Source of the DNA: an uncultured delta proteobacterium
GTDB lineage: Bacteria; Myxococcota; Myxococcia; Myxococcales; Myxococcaceae
Reading direction: 5' to 3'
Assembly (NCBI GenBank): GCA_963771175.1
Contig: CAVYSY010000022.1
Coordinates: 32,001-96,000 of the forward strand
DNA: 64,000 bases
Below are positions 52,998 through 63,361 of the stretch, piece after piece. Position 1 is the stretch's first letter. The number at the start of each line of letters is the position of its first letter. The position numbers were made by a program, and so were the translations under genes. A model generated the notes under the pieces. It was not told where the DNA came from. It did not search any database and worked only from the letters and a program-made list of their open reading frames with translations.

Positions 52998-54950
52998 ATG
53001 AACAATCACTATCGCATGACCGTGCTCCAGGGGACCGTCAGTTCCGTGGAGCCACAGCAGCTCCGGTGCTCGCTTCACCTGCGGAGCGGGGACACCGTGA
53101 CGCTTCACTTCAGCACCGAGACGACGTTCTCGGTGCTCACGAATCTGGATGGGGTCTCCCAGGATCGGGTGCCGGAGGTGAAGGGGTTCGAGGGCAGCGA
53201 GCTGGCCCGCAAGGTGGCCCGCTACCTGCGGCCCCAGGACACCGTCTTCGTCCGGGGCATCCTGACCGAGAACGCCGGAGAGACGCGCTTCGACGTACGG
53301 GCCGTGTGGCTGATGCACTCCGAGCCACGGCGGTTCCTCTTCGAGGACAAGCAGTGGTGCCTGACCCAGATCCGGCTCATGGCCGATTCCTGGCTGGACG
53401 CCCTTTTCGGTGACGCGCGCAGCTACACCGAGGACGACATCTCCCGGAACTACCGGACGAACCTCAACCTGTACGGCGGGCCCACGGACGACAACCTCCA
53501 GGCCATGCCCACGCTCGCCCGCCTCATCTACGGGCTGTCCTCGGCCTACATGCTCACGGGAGATCACCGTTACAGGAAGGCGGCCGCGGCGGCCATCCAG
53601 TTCCAGCGCTCCTCCTTCCGCATCTTCAGCCACGACGGGCAGTACTGCCTGTGGGCCTACGGTCGCCGCAAGAAGGTGAATGGCTCCGTGACGAGCTTCG
53701 CCTCGGAGAGCGCCGACGACTTCAACGCCATCGCCCTCTACGAGCAGATCTACGCCCTGGCGGGGCTCACGCAGTACTTCCGCTGCACGGGGGATCCGGC
53801 CGCGCTGGAGGACGTCCGCCACACGGTGGCCATGTTCAACGCGCTCTTCCTGGACCTCAAGCGCGTCAACCCCGACTTCCCGGGGCTGGATGGCTACTTC
53901 AGCCACCTGGATCCGGCCAACCTGCGGCCGGACTCGCCCGCGCTCGGGACCCGCCAGCTCGAGAAGAACTGGAACTCGATCGGCGACCACATCCCGGCCT
54001 ACCTGGTCAATCTGATCCTCGCCCTCGATCCATTGCCGCAGGGTGCCGATGAGGGGATCGCCGACTTCCTCCGGGTCTGCAAGGAGATGCTCGATCGGAC
54101 CGCCCGGCTGATCATCGAGAAGTTCCCGGATCCGGAGTCCGTGTACGTGAACGAGCGCTTCCACGCGGACTGGACGCCCAACCACGAGTGGGGCTGGCAG
54201 CAGAACCGGGCCGTGGTGGGCCACAACTACAAGATCGCCTGGCAACTGCCGCGCATCGCCAGTTTCTGGTTCTCCGAGGGGCGTCATGACGAAGCCCAGC
54301 GTGCGCTCCAGGTGGCCGAGCGGCTGGCCAGGGCCATGATCACCCATGGCGCCGATCTGGTCCGCGGGGGCTGCTTCGATGCCGTCGAGCGCCACCCCTC
54401 CAATGGTCAGTCGATCGAGTTCGCCTGGGGCTGCACCAAGGACTTCTGGCAGCAGGAGCAGGCCATCCTCGCCAACCTGATCCTCTACGGGCACACGCGG
54501 GATCCCGAGTTCCTGGACCAGGCCCGCGCCGCGGCGGCGTTCTGGAACCTGTTCTTCCTGGACCGGGATCGCCAGGGCATCTTCTTCCGCACCACGGAGG
54601 ATGGGCTGCCCATCGTCGAGGGGAGCTACGCCAACAAGGGAGGCTACGCCATCGCCGGCTACCACTCCTTCGAGCTGAACTTCCTGGCCCACATCTACAC
54701 GCGGGCCTTCGTCGCGCCAGCGGGGACCGAGGACGCCAGCTTCTGCCTGTACTTCTACCCCTTGCGCCAGTGCGGGCTGCGCTCCATCAACGTGGCGCCG
54801 GACTTCTTCAAGCCCGGCTCCATCGAGATCGCCAGCATCACCGTCAATGGCAGGCGCCGATCGGATGTCGATCCCAAGCGGTTCCAGATCCCTCTCCAGA
54901 CCGGTGATTTCGGCTCCGAGATCATCGTCCAGTTCCGGAGGAAGTCATGA
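52998..54950 (+). CDS. AGE family epimerase/isomerase-like protein with N-terminal extension
   Basis: (alpha/alpha)6-type motifs RLIYGLSSAY, YEQIYALAG, GDHIPAY, NERF..DW, GHNYKIAW, FWQQEQ and YHSFEL. Confidence 0.78.
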   Translation: MNNHYRMTVLQGTVSSVEPQQLRCSLHLRSGDTVTLHFSTETTFSVLTNLDGVSQDRVPEVKGFEGSELARKVARYLRPQDTVFVRGILTENAGETRFDVRAVWLMHSEPRRFLFEDKQWCLTQIRLMADSWLDALFGDARSYTEDDISRNYRTNLNLYGGPTDDNLQAMPTLARLIYGLSSAYMLTGDHRYRKAAAAAIQFQRSSFRIFSHDGQYCLWAYGRRKKVNGSVTSFASESADDFNAIALYEQIYALAGLTQYFRCTGDPAALEDVRHTVAMFNALFLDLKRVNPDFPGLDGYFSHLDPANLRPDSPALGTRQLEKNWNSIGDHIPAYLVNLILALDPLPQGADEGIADFLRVCKEMLDRTARLIIEKFPDPESVYVNERFHADWTPNHEWGWQQNRAVVGHNYKIAWQLPRIASFWFSEGRHDEAQRALQVAERLARAMITHGADLVRGGCFDAVERHPSNGQSIEFAWGCTKDFWQQEQAILANLILYGHTRDPEFLDQARAAAAFWNLFFLDRDRQGIFFRTTEDGLPIVEGSYANKGGYAIAGYHSFELNFLAHIYTRAFVAPAGTEDASFCLYFYPLRQCGLRSINVAPDFFKPGSIEIASITVNGRRRSDVDPKRFQIPLQTGDFGSEIIVQFRRKS

Positions 54951-56505
54951 GTCGTCTGCCCTTGCAGGGGAAGAAGATCGCCGTCCTCGTCGAGAGTCAG
55001 TTCATCCCCGTGGAGCTCTCCGAGTACCGGAAGCGGTTCGAGGAGGATGGGGCCACCGTCCATTTCCTGGCCAATCTGTATGGGAATTCCTCGCTGACCC
55101 TCGTGAGCGAGGTCGAGGAGCCCGGCCAGACGCCCGAGCTGCTGACGGTCGACCTCGACGTCCGCCAGGTGAAGCCGGAGGACTACGCGGCCGTCATCAT
55201 GGCGGCCAACTACACGAGCGTCCGGCTCCGTCACTTCATTCCGCCCTCCGGGCCCGATGGCAAGCCGGTGCCGATCACCCCGGAGATGGTCCGCTCGTCG
55301 CCGGCGGTCCAGTTCTTCGGCCGTGCCATGCGCGACCCGAGAATCATCAAGGGGGCGCTGTGCCACGGGCTCTGGCTGCTGACGCCCACCCCGGAGCTGC
55401 TCGCGGGGCGCAGGGTCATCTGCCACGAGGTCGTGCTGGCCGACATCACCAACGCCGGGGGCCTCTACACGCCGGATCCCTCGGGCGTGGTGGTGGATGA
55501 GGATCTGGTGACGGGGCGCTCGTACCACGAGGTCTCGGTGCTCATCGATCGCATCAAGGAGCTCATCGTGGCCGGGGAGGAGCAGGCGGCCTCGCTCCCC
55601 ACGCCTGTCAGCCCGACGGTGCCGGAAGCGCCGCGAGGGCAGGGGAGCAAGCGGCGCATCCTGATCGTCCTCTCCAGCTACGGCTACTGGAGCGAGGAGC
55701 TCGTCGGTCCACTCGAGGTGTTCGACGCCATGGGCTACGAGGTCGAGTTCGCCACGCCCGACGGCCGGCGTCCGAGGCCCCTGCCTCCGAGCCTGAATCC
55801 GGACTACATCGATCCGCCCCTGGGCCGCTCGGTGACCACACCGGAGATGGCTCGCAAGGGGCGCGAGCTCGTCCCGCTCCGGGCGCCTCGACTCCCCGCT
55901 GAACCTCTCGGCGCTGCTGCCCGAGCGGCCGTACTTCAGCCAGCCCGTGCTGGTGCGTGCGCTCGAGGCCTACCACCGTGAGCGTCGAGCGGGCCCTGCG
56001 CGACTTCGAGCGGTTCGACGCGCTGCTGCTGGTGGGCGGCAGCGGACCCATCGTCGACATGGCCAACAACCAGCGCCTGCACGACCTGATCCTCGGCTTC
56101 CTGCGGCTGGGCAAGCCGATCGCCGCGGAGTGCTACGGCGTCACCTGCCTGGCCTTCGCGCGGGACATGGAGGACCGGCGCAGCATCCTGAGGAACAAGC
56201 ACGTCACCGGCCACTGCCTGGAGTACGACTACAAGGACGGCACCGGCTTCCTGGGCACCGACTTCAACATGGGCCCGCCGCCGTACCCGCTCGAGTACAT
56301 CCTCCGCGACGCGACCGCGCCGGAGGGCCAGTACCACGGCAACTTCGGGAAGGAGACGTCGGTCATCGTCGACTACCCGTTCATCACCGGCCGTTCCACC
56401 CCGGACTCCATCCTGACCGGCCAGAAGCTCGTCGAGGTGCTCGAGAACGGACTGCGCCAGTGGGGCTGGAACGGCGCCAACGACGGACAGGGGAGCCACA
56501 TATGA
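54947..56505 (+). CDS. Tandem DJ-1/PfpI (class I glutamine amidotransferase-like) protein; frameshifts near 55880 and 55980
   Basis: Domain 1: KKIAVLVE...E, ALCHGLW, VVVDEDLVTGRS. Domain 2 starts in the same ORF (RRILIVLSSYGYWSEEL) and continues with VGGSGP..D, AECYGV, DYPFITGRS. Confidence 0.82.
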
Positions 56506-58207
56506 GACGGACTGGAGGTATCGCCATCCTCGAGCAGTTCGTCGCCGATGGCGCGAAGTACATGTTCGGCAATCCGGGCACCGTCGAGCAGGGCTTCCTG
56601 GACGCCATGCGCTGCGTGCCCGGGCTCGAATACGTGCTCGCGCTCCAGGAGACCGTGGCCGTGGCCATGGCGGACGGCTACGCCCGGGCGACGCGCCGGC
56701 CCGCCTTCGTGCAGCTCCACAGCAGTGTCGGGCTCGGCAATGGGATTGGCATGCTCTACCAGGCGAAGCGCGGCAACTCCCCGCTGGTGGTGCTCACGGG
56801 GGAGGCCGGGGTCGCCTACGACGCCATGGACGCGCAGATGGCCTGCGACCTGGTCGCCATGGCCCGGCCGGTCACCAAGTGGGCCACGCGCGTTCTCGAT
56901 CCCGGCTCGGTGCTGCGGGTCCTTCGGCGCGCCATCAAGATCGCCTCGACACCGCCCATGGGGCCCGTCTTCGTCGCGCTGCCCATGGACGTGCTCGATG
57001 CGCCGAACGACGAGTCGGTCATCCCCACGCCGCGGCTCGACACCCGGGTCGCACCGCGGCCCGAGGAGGTGAGGGTGCTGGCCCAGATGCTCGTGGCGGC
57101 CGAGCGGCCCCTGCTCATCATCGGTGACGGCGTGGCGGCCTCGGACGCCCAGGCGGAGCTGACGCGGGTGGCCGAGCTGCTCGGCGCCGAGGTGTGGGGC
57201 GCCAACAGCTCCGAGGTGAACATGGATGCGCTCCATCCCCTGTTCCACGGCCTGCTGGGGCACATGTTCGGCAAGGAAAGCACGGCGGCCGTCTCCCAGG
57301 CGGACGCGGTGCTGATTGTCGGTACCTACGTGTTCCCCGAGGTCTTCCCCTCGCTGTCTGGGGTGTTCCGTCCCGGCGCCCGGGTCGTCCACGTCGACCT
57401 GGATGCGTACGAGATCGCCAAGAACTTCCCGGTCGACCTGGGCCTGGTGGCGGACCCGAAGCTGACCCTCGGGGCGGTGGCGGAGGTGCTGGCCGGCCTC
57501 ATGACGCCAGCGCAGCGGGAGGCCGCGGCCCGGCGTCTGCGAAGCGCCGAGGAGCGCCAGCACATGAGAGCGAGAGCTGGCCGCCCGGGCTGGGACGGGC
57601 TCGTGCGACAGGGGGACGGACGTGCCATCCCTCTTCCTGCGGGAGCTGGCGAGGCGGGTGGCGGAATGAGGCCATCATCTTCGACGAGGCGCTGACGAGC
57701 GCGCCGCTGGTGAACCAGTACCTGCCGGCGCGCAAGCCGGGGCACTTCTTCCAGACTCGTGGCGGCTCCCTGGGCGTGGGGATTCCCGGAGCCCTGGGGC
57801 TCAAGCTCGCCCATCCGGACAAGACCGTCATCGGGTTCACCGGGGATGGCGCGAGCATGTACACCATCCAGGCCCTCTGGACGGCGGTGCGCCACGACAT
57901 CGGCGCCAAGTTCGTGGTCTGCAACAACGGGGGCTACAGGCTGCTCGACGTCAATATCCAGGAGTACTGGCGGGAGCGGGGCATCCCGGAGCATGCCTTC
58001 CCTGGCTCCTTCAGCCTGTCGTACCCGCCCCTGCGCTTCGTGGACATCGCGCGCTCCCTGGGTGTACCGGCCGCACGGGTGGGCACTCCGGAGTCGATCG
58101 GCCCCGCGCTGGAGCTGGCCCTGTCGACCCCCGGGCCCTTCCTCATCGATTGGATGCTCCCGAGGTCCTTCCCGGGAGCGGATGTCGACCACCGCTGCGG
58201 GCAGTGA
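56502..58207 (+). CDS. ThDP-dependent enzyme (benzoylformate decarboxylase/acetolactate synthase-like); frameshifts near 57570-57670
   Basis: MFGNPGTVE, QETVAVAMADGYA, GLGNG, PMGPVF, GGSLG.GIP and GDGASMY...NNGGY ThDP motif. Confidence 0.9.
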
Positions 58208-58284
58208 GGGGTTCTTCAACGTGGGACACAGGGGCCAGGCCGGGGAGACCCGGGCCTGGCCCTTTCCATTTGGAGGGTGTTCGC

Positions 58285-58737
58285 CTACCCCTGGAGGCTC
58301 GAGGCCACCCATCCGCCGTCGTCGCGCCTGCTCAACCTGCCCTTGGCTTCCGTGCCCAGCGACAGCTCGTTGGGAGTCGAGAGCTGAGCGTCGAAGATGT
58401 AGCCGTTCGCCTGGGGTTGGAGGAAGAGCACTATCGCCTTCATGGTGAGGTCATCCACCACCTTGTAGTTGACGCCGCGGCAGGTGGGAGTGCCCGCGAA
58501 GAGGCGCTCCAGCTGGCCCTGCTCGGGCCGGAGTACGAAGACGATCACCTGCGAGGGCCCGCCATATCCCTCCGCCATCAGCCGGGATAGGAGCCGTTGT
58601 GGCAGCGGCTCGCGCATGACGGTCTGGACCATCTCGCACTTGCCGGCCTCCTCCGAGGGATTGATGAGGGCCTCGCGTGAGAGCATGCAGTTGGGGATGG
58701 CGAGGGTGAGCAGGGCAGCCAGTACGGATCGCTTCAT
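58285..58737 (-). CDS. Hypothetical exported protein / lipoprotein
   Basis: MKRSVLAALLTLAIPNC signal-like N-terminus; AAGGAG RBS upstream. Confidence 0.6.
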   Translation of the reverse strand: MKRSVLAALLTLAIPNCMLSREALINPSEEAGKCEMVQTVMREPLPQRLLSRLMAEGYGGPSQVIVFVLRPEQGQLERLFAGTPTCRGVNYKVVDDLTMKAIVLFLQPQANGYIFDAQLSTPNELSLGTEAKGRLSRRDDGGWVASSLQG

Positions 58738-58882
58738 GTGTCGGTTCTCCTTGGGAGTGCATGACGACTCCCGCCAGCCGCGGCCTTCACATGGGAGTGG
58801 TGCTGAATGAAAAAGCGGTGGCGAGAGCTGGTTGCCCAACTCCGCCACCGCGAAATGGCACTACTCAGGGCCGCTTTTCCCG

Positions 58883-59104
58883 TTACGCTCCGGTGAGCTG
58901 CTTCATCAGGCGGAACACGTCCACGCTGGCCCAGTGCTCCACGATCTGTCCGCCTGAAAGACGCACAATGGTCATCCCCGTATAAGACACTTTCTTCCCG
59001 GTCGCTGGGACGTCGGCGAAGACGCCCGTGTGCGTGCAGTTCCACGTCCAGCGATGCACGACCTTGTCCGCCGCCGCGACCTTTTCATCGATGACCAGAT
59101 TCAT
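58883..59104 (-). pseudogene. Ester cyclase (SnoaL-like) C-terminal fragment
   Basis: DKVVHRWT..CTHTG.F..VPATGKKV...G..IVRL.GGQIVEHW is present, but the N-terminal helices are missing. Confidence 0.68.
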
Positions 59105-59395
59105 TTGCCAGAAGGAGGCGTGGGTAATGCACAGGTTTAGACCTCACAACTCCTCAGCGTGACGGGCTCGAAACCGCGCAGTTCCAGGTTGGGTCTAACT
59201 CCCGGAACACGAAGAGCCCCCGGGCCGGGAGGACGACGCGCAGCCCATTCCCTACAGGTAAGACTCGGTATCCGCCTCCCAGGCACTGGGCCGCCTGCTT
59301 ACCCCTCCACGAGTCAGAGGAGTGAGAGCAGCTGCGGCCCATCACCATCCCATGCCCGGAGGTCTCTTCTTCCAGACCTGGGACCGGAGGTGCGA

Positions 59396-60220
59396 ATGGA
59401 GCTGGGATTGAAGGGCAAGCGCGCGTTGGTGACCGGAAGCACTCAAGGCATTGGCGAGGCCATCGTTCGGCGCCTCGCGAGCGAGGGAGTGTCTGTCGTC
59501 ATCCATGGACTGGATGCGCGGGACGGGGCGAGCCGCCTGGCCTCCGAGCTGAAGGCATGCGGTGTCGGCACCTCGGTGGTCTTGGGCGATCTGCGCCGGG
59601 ATGACGTGGCCGCCGACATCGCGGCGAAGGCCATGGCCGCGTTCGGTGGGCTCGACATCCTCGTGAACAACGCAGGCGCCTATCCCTGGAAGAGCTGGTG
59701 GGACGCGACCCCGGCGTCCTGGCTCGAGGTCTACGATCTGGATGTCGTCGCGTGCGTGCGGATGATCCAGGCGATCATCCCGCATATGCGCGCCCAGGGA
59801 TGGGGCCGCGTCATCAATCTCTCGAGCGCCCTGGGCGAGGTCGCGCCGGCCAACCTGGTCCCGCACTACGCATGTGCGAAGGCCGCGCAATCCCACATGG
59901 TCCGGAGTCTCTCGGTCGAACTGGCGGGGACGGGCATCACCGTCAACGCCGTGGCACCCGGGCCGGTCGCCACGGAATCCACCCAGAAGCCCCTCATCCA
60001 GGCCGCGGCCATGGCGGGCCGGTCGACGCAATGGGAGGACGTCGAGCGGAGCTTCGTCAGCCAGTTCATGCATTTCCCGCCCGTCCCGCGCATGGCACTC
60101 CCAGACGAGGTCGGAGCGGCGGTCACCTACCTCTGCAGCCCCCTGGCGGACTTCATCTCGGGCAGTGTCTTCATGACGGACTGCGGATACTCCGTGACAG
60201 GCTTCCGGCCCTCTCGCTGA
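59396..60220 (+). CDS. Short-chain dehydrogenase/reductase
   Basis: TGSTQGIG, DILVNNAG, GWGRVINLSS, YACAK and VNAVAPG. Confidence 0.92.
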   Translation: MELGLKGKRALVTGSTQGIGEAIVRRLASEGVSVVIHGLDARDGASRLASELKACGVGTSVVLGDLRRDDVAADIAAKAMAAFGGLDILVNNAGAYPWKSWWDATPASWLEVYDLDVVACVRMIQAIIPHMRAQGWGRVINLSSALGEVAPANLVPHYACAKAAQSHMVRSLSVELAGTGITVNAVAPGPVATESTQKPLIQAAAMAGRSTQWEDVERSFVSQFMHFPPVPRMALPDEVGAAVTYLCSPLADFISGSVFMTDCGYSVTGFRPSR

Positions 60221-60257
60221 GAGTGGCTCCGGGAGCCCCATCTGTCCGCATGGGGCG

Positions 60258-60674
60258 TCACGGGGCTCTGGCGGCTGCCCCCTCCCGCAGCCGCCAGAGC
60301 GCCACAAGGTAGAACACCGCGAATACCACCGGTCCGAATGCGCCTTGGAGCGACGGGCTGCGGCCGCGCTGCCAGTCGTGGATGGCCAGGAAGGCGTCAA
60401 GTGACTCGTTCACCGTCAGGGCGACGAGCACGGCCTTGAGCAGCGAGGCTTCCTTCCTGAACAGGCCGATCGCCAGGATGATCACGATCGCGAGGCCAGG
60501 CGAGAAGGCGCGCATCGCGAGGGCATCGGCCACGGGCGGGAGCTCCTGTCCCGGATAGAAGAACCCCGGGCGCACCAGGAGCATGACGGCGTAGCATGAC
60601 TTGATGAGGACGGCGATCCAGCCGCCGACGAGAATCCAGCGGGGAAGCCGGGGGGATGTAGTCCGTGCGTCCAT
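60258..60674 (-). CDS. Small multi-pass membrane protein
   Basis: 138 aa with about four hydrophobic segments. Confidence 0.6.
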   Translation of the reverse strand: MDARTTSPRLPRWILVGGWIAVLIKSCYAVMLLVRPGFFYPGQELPPVADALAMRAFSPGLAIVIILAIGLFRKEASLLKAVLVALTVNESLDAFLAIHDWQRGRSPSLQGAFGPVVFAVFYLVALWRLREGAAARAP

Positions 60675-60716
60675 GGACTGGATGAGTTACGGGGCCTGCA
60701 TATGTGACGCCCTCAT

Positions 60717-60831
60717 CAACAACGGGGGTACAGGCTGCTCGACGCCAACATCCCCCGGGCCCTTCCTCATCGACGGGATGCTCCCCAGGTCGCTCCTGGC
60801 GGAGGAAGGCGGGCATCGCTGCGGTCAGTGA
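60717..60831 (+). pseudogene. Degenerate copy of the 3' end of the ThDP enzyme gene
   Basis: caacaacgggggtacaggctgctcgacgccaacatcc matches 57922-57959. cccgggcccttcctcatcga...cgctgcggtcagtga matches 58128-58207. Confidence 0.8.
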
Positions 60832-60937
60832 CATCCGCCGTCCACGGTATCGATTTCTATAGTGAGCCCTGGCCCGAGGCATCCCTTCACCTGAAGGCAT
60901 GCCTCGGGCCGCCGACAACACTTTCTTGGGAGATTTC

Positions 60938-61447
60938 ATGAACAAGAGCATTCCCCGCACTGGGCTGCTCGTCGCCACCGTCCTCCTGGGTCTTTTCGCG
61001 GGTGTTCTTTTCGCCGCCAGCCTGGCGATCAGCCCATCCCTGACCCTGCTGGACGCGGAGCACTTCACCGTGGTCAAGCAGGCGCAGATCCGCATCCTGC
61101 AGGTGTCCATGGCGGGTATTTCCACGCTGTACGTCATCATGGCGGCCTACGCCTTGATCAGGATGCGCCACCTGACGGCGCATCCTGCCTTCCGCCTGAC
61201 CGTCGCCGCGCTCCTCCTGGTCCTCGTGGCCCTGGGGTACAGCGCCTTCACGGATATCCCCTACAATCAACAGATCCTCTCCTGGAACCCCGCCAGCCCT
61301 CCGGCGAACTGGGCGGACATCCGCCGCGCCTGGGATGTGGCCAACCTCCTGCGCACCTTCCCGACCGTTCTGGGCTTCATCCTCCAGGCCGCCAGCCTGA
61401 TTCAGGGCCAGGCTGGAGCGGCCGGGCCAAGCCCTATCCGGGAATGA
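60938..61447 (+). CDS. DUF1772 (anthrone oxygenase-like) membrane protein
   Basis: GLFAG, TM helices, IPYNQQI.SW....PP.NW...R..W...NLLRT. Confidence 0.75.
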   Translation: MNKSIPRTGLLVATVLLGLFAGVLFAASLAISPSLTLLDAEHFTVVKQAQIRILQVSMAGISTLYVIMAAYALIRMRHLTAHPAFRLTVAALLLVLVALGYSAFTDIPYNQQILSWNPASPPANWADIRRAWDVANLLRTFPTVLGFILQAASLIQGQAGAAGPSPIRE

Positions 61448-61472
61448 GAGATGGAGCCCGGGGCACCTCCGC

Positions 61473-62274
61473 TCAGCGGCTCATCGCCGCTGGGCGGAAG
61501 TCGTCCACCAGGAAGACATGCACCCGGCGCTCCGGGTCGTACAGCACGGTCTGCCGATGGGGATAGTAGCCCGCCAGGGGATGGACCTGCGGCTGTTTGA
61601 TGACATCCGTTCTCGTGGCGTGAGAGAGCAGGAAGTCCGTCGTCGCTGCGAGCCCGATGCCGTTCATGTGCCCGTTGTAGAAGAAGTAATTCTGCCCGGT
61701 CGTGTTCCAGTTGGGTTGGAGCTGCGGCTGGGCGGGATCCTCGTAGGCGATACCGATGCCGGGCGCGGTGGCGATCCCCGCCTCCGGCAGTGTCCCCCCG
61801 TTCACATAGTCCGGGGGGACCTCCTCCGGCGCGACATTCAGGTTCAGCTTGACGGGATCGAGGCTGGGATCCTGTGGAGGGGCGATCATCAGCAGCGGAT
61901 GGAAATGTGGAACATCTCCAGTCCCCGTGGGTTCATGGGCAGCCCAGTAGGACATGGCGATGAGCTTGAAGGGCGTGGCGCTCCCCTGAGGCGGCAGGGC
62001 GAAGCCGAAGATGGCCGGGACATTGAATGGCGGATCCGGCACCGAGATCAGGATCTCCTCGGTGCAGCTCCAGCCCCATGGCGGTCGGGACGCCGTGATC
62101 CAGCGTGACGAAGGTGCGGCCCACCCCATTGCCCACCGGCTGATCCGGGCCGAAGAAGGTCCCCGTTTCCACCACGGGTGAGGGCTTCTCCTCGTCGTGC
62201 TCATCGCACCCCGGGAGCATCAGGGTCAGAACCGCCGATAACAGCACCACAGCTGTCTGATTCATGATCTTCAT
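61473..62274 (-). CDS. Lipoprotein, DUF5602/TTHB210-like; frameshift near 62065
   Basis: Lipobox LPGC; G....VGNG..RTFV....G.P.AMG; LP....TPF; HEP....VPHFH; IKQPQ..P..GYYP. Confidence 0.6.
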
Positions 62275-62302
62275 GACGAGCTCCTCACCGGGACAGGCCG
62301 GC

Positions 62303-63361
62303 TCAGGTAAATGCCAGGTAGCCCGCGTAGGACAGGTCGGAGACGAGGGTCCCCTTGGGGGCTCCTGTCCTTCCATCGAAGCGCCGTATGCTCCCGGTGC
62401 CCGGAGCGAAGTTGGTGAGGAAAGGATCCTCGATGGTGAAGCTGCCCACGTACAGGTCGCCGTCCGGCCCATAGGCGAGCCCCACCGGGAAGGGCACCTC
62501 GGCGAACGTGCCGATCAATTGCTTCCGCTCGACGTCATAGCGCTGGATGCGGCTGGCGAAGTGCTCGGGCACCAGCAGGCTTCCGTCCGGGTGGAAGACG
62601 AGGGAGAAGGGAATCTTCACCCGCTCGACGACCACGCCCAGGAAGGCTCCGGTCCTTCCGTCCAGGCGCGTGATGTAATCCGACTCGGCGATGAACGCCT
62701 GGGGAATCGTCGGAGAGGCATATTGGAGCGTTGACGAGACGTACAGGTTCTCGTCCGGGCCCCACACCAGCGCGAACGGGGATCTCACCTCGGCGAAGGT
62801 GTCGACGCGGGTGCCGGTGCGAAGATCGTAACGATCGATGGTGTCCGGCCCGAAGCCGATGTTCGCATTGAGTGACGGCGCATTCGCGACATACAGGAGC
62901 CCATCCGGACCGATCGCACCGGTGTGGGGTGTGATCAGGACACCTCGGGCCTTGTCATTCGGCTGTGTGATGATGCGCAGCCTGTTGCCCGTGGCGATGT
63001 CGTGCTGCACGAAGGCATTTCCGCCAGGGCTGAACACGAGCAGCTCACGGTCGGGGCTGATTGCGAGGCCCGCCGTGGTGTTCTGCATGAAGGGCACGGG
63101 CAGGGGTTCCGGTCCCAGCGTCGTCTGGGAGAAGTCCGCGAAGGTTCCCAGGGATTCGCCCGTCCCGGCCTTGAAGCTCTCGATGGTCCTGGCGAGGAAC
63201 GTGGTGACGAACAGCGTGGACTGGTCGATGTCCTGGCGCGAATCATCGTCATCTCCGCAGCCCGCCAGCAACCGCCCCGCCGCGAGTGTGAGCGCACCTC
63301 CCGTGAGGGCTCTGAGGACCTCGCGGCGTGGTATCGTGGATGTCTCGTCTTTGAGTCGCAT
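62303..63361 (-). CDS. Tat-exported lipoprotein, beta-propeller (NHL/Vgb-like repeats)
   Basis: PRREVLR twin-arginine signal, LAGC lipobox, and repeated GPDG.LYV / RFDG.TG blades. Confidence 0.75.
   Translation of the reverse strand: MRLKDETSTIPRREVLRALTGGALTLAAGRLLAGCGDDDDSRQDIDQSTLFVTTFLARTIESFKAGTGESLGTFADFSQTTLGPEPLPVPFMQNTTAGLAISPDRELLVFSPGGNAFVQHDIATGNRLRIITQPNDKARGVLITPHTGAIGPDGLLYVANAPSLNANIGFGPDTIDRYDLRTGTRVDTFAEVRSPFALVWGPDENLYVSSTLQYASPTIPQAFIAESDYITRLDGRTGAFLGVVVERVKIPFSLVFHPDGSLLVPEHFASRIQRYDVERKQLIGTFAEVPFPVGLAYGPDGDLYVGSFTIEDPFLTNFAPGTGSIRRFDGRTGAPKGTLVSDLSYAGYLAFT

Noticed and set aside
59130..59200. Weak inverted repeat (TTAGACC...GGTCTAA) as a possible IS end or ncRNA
   Set aside because: Short, with no transposase or target duplication nearby and no recognisable RNA family.
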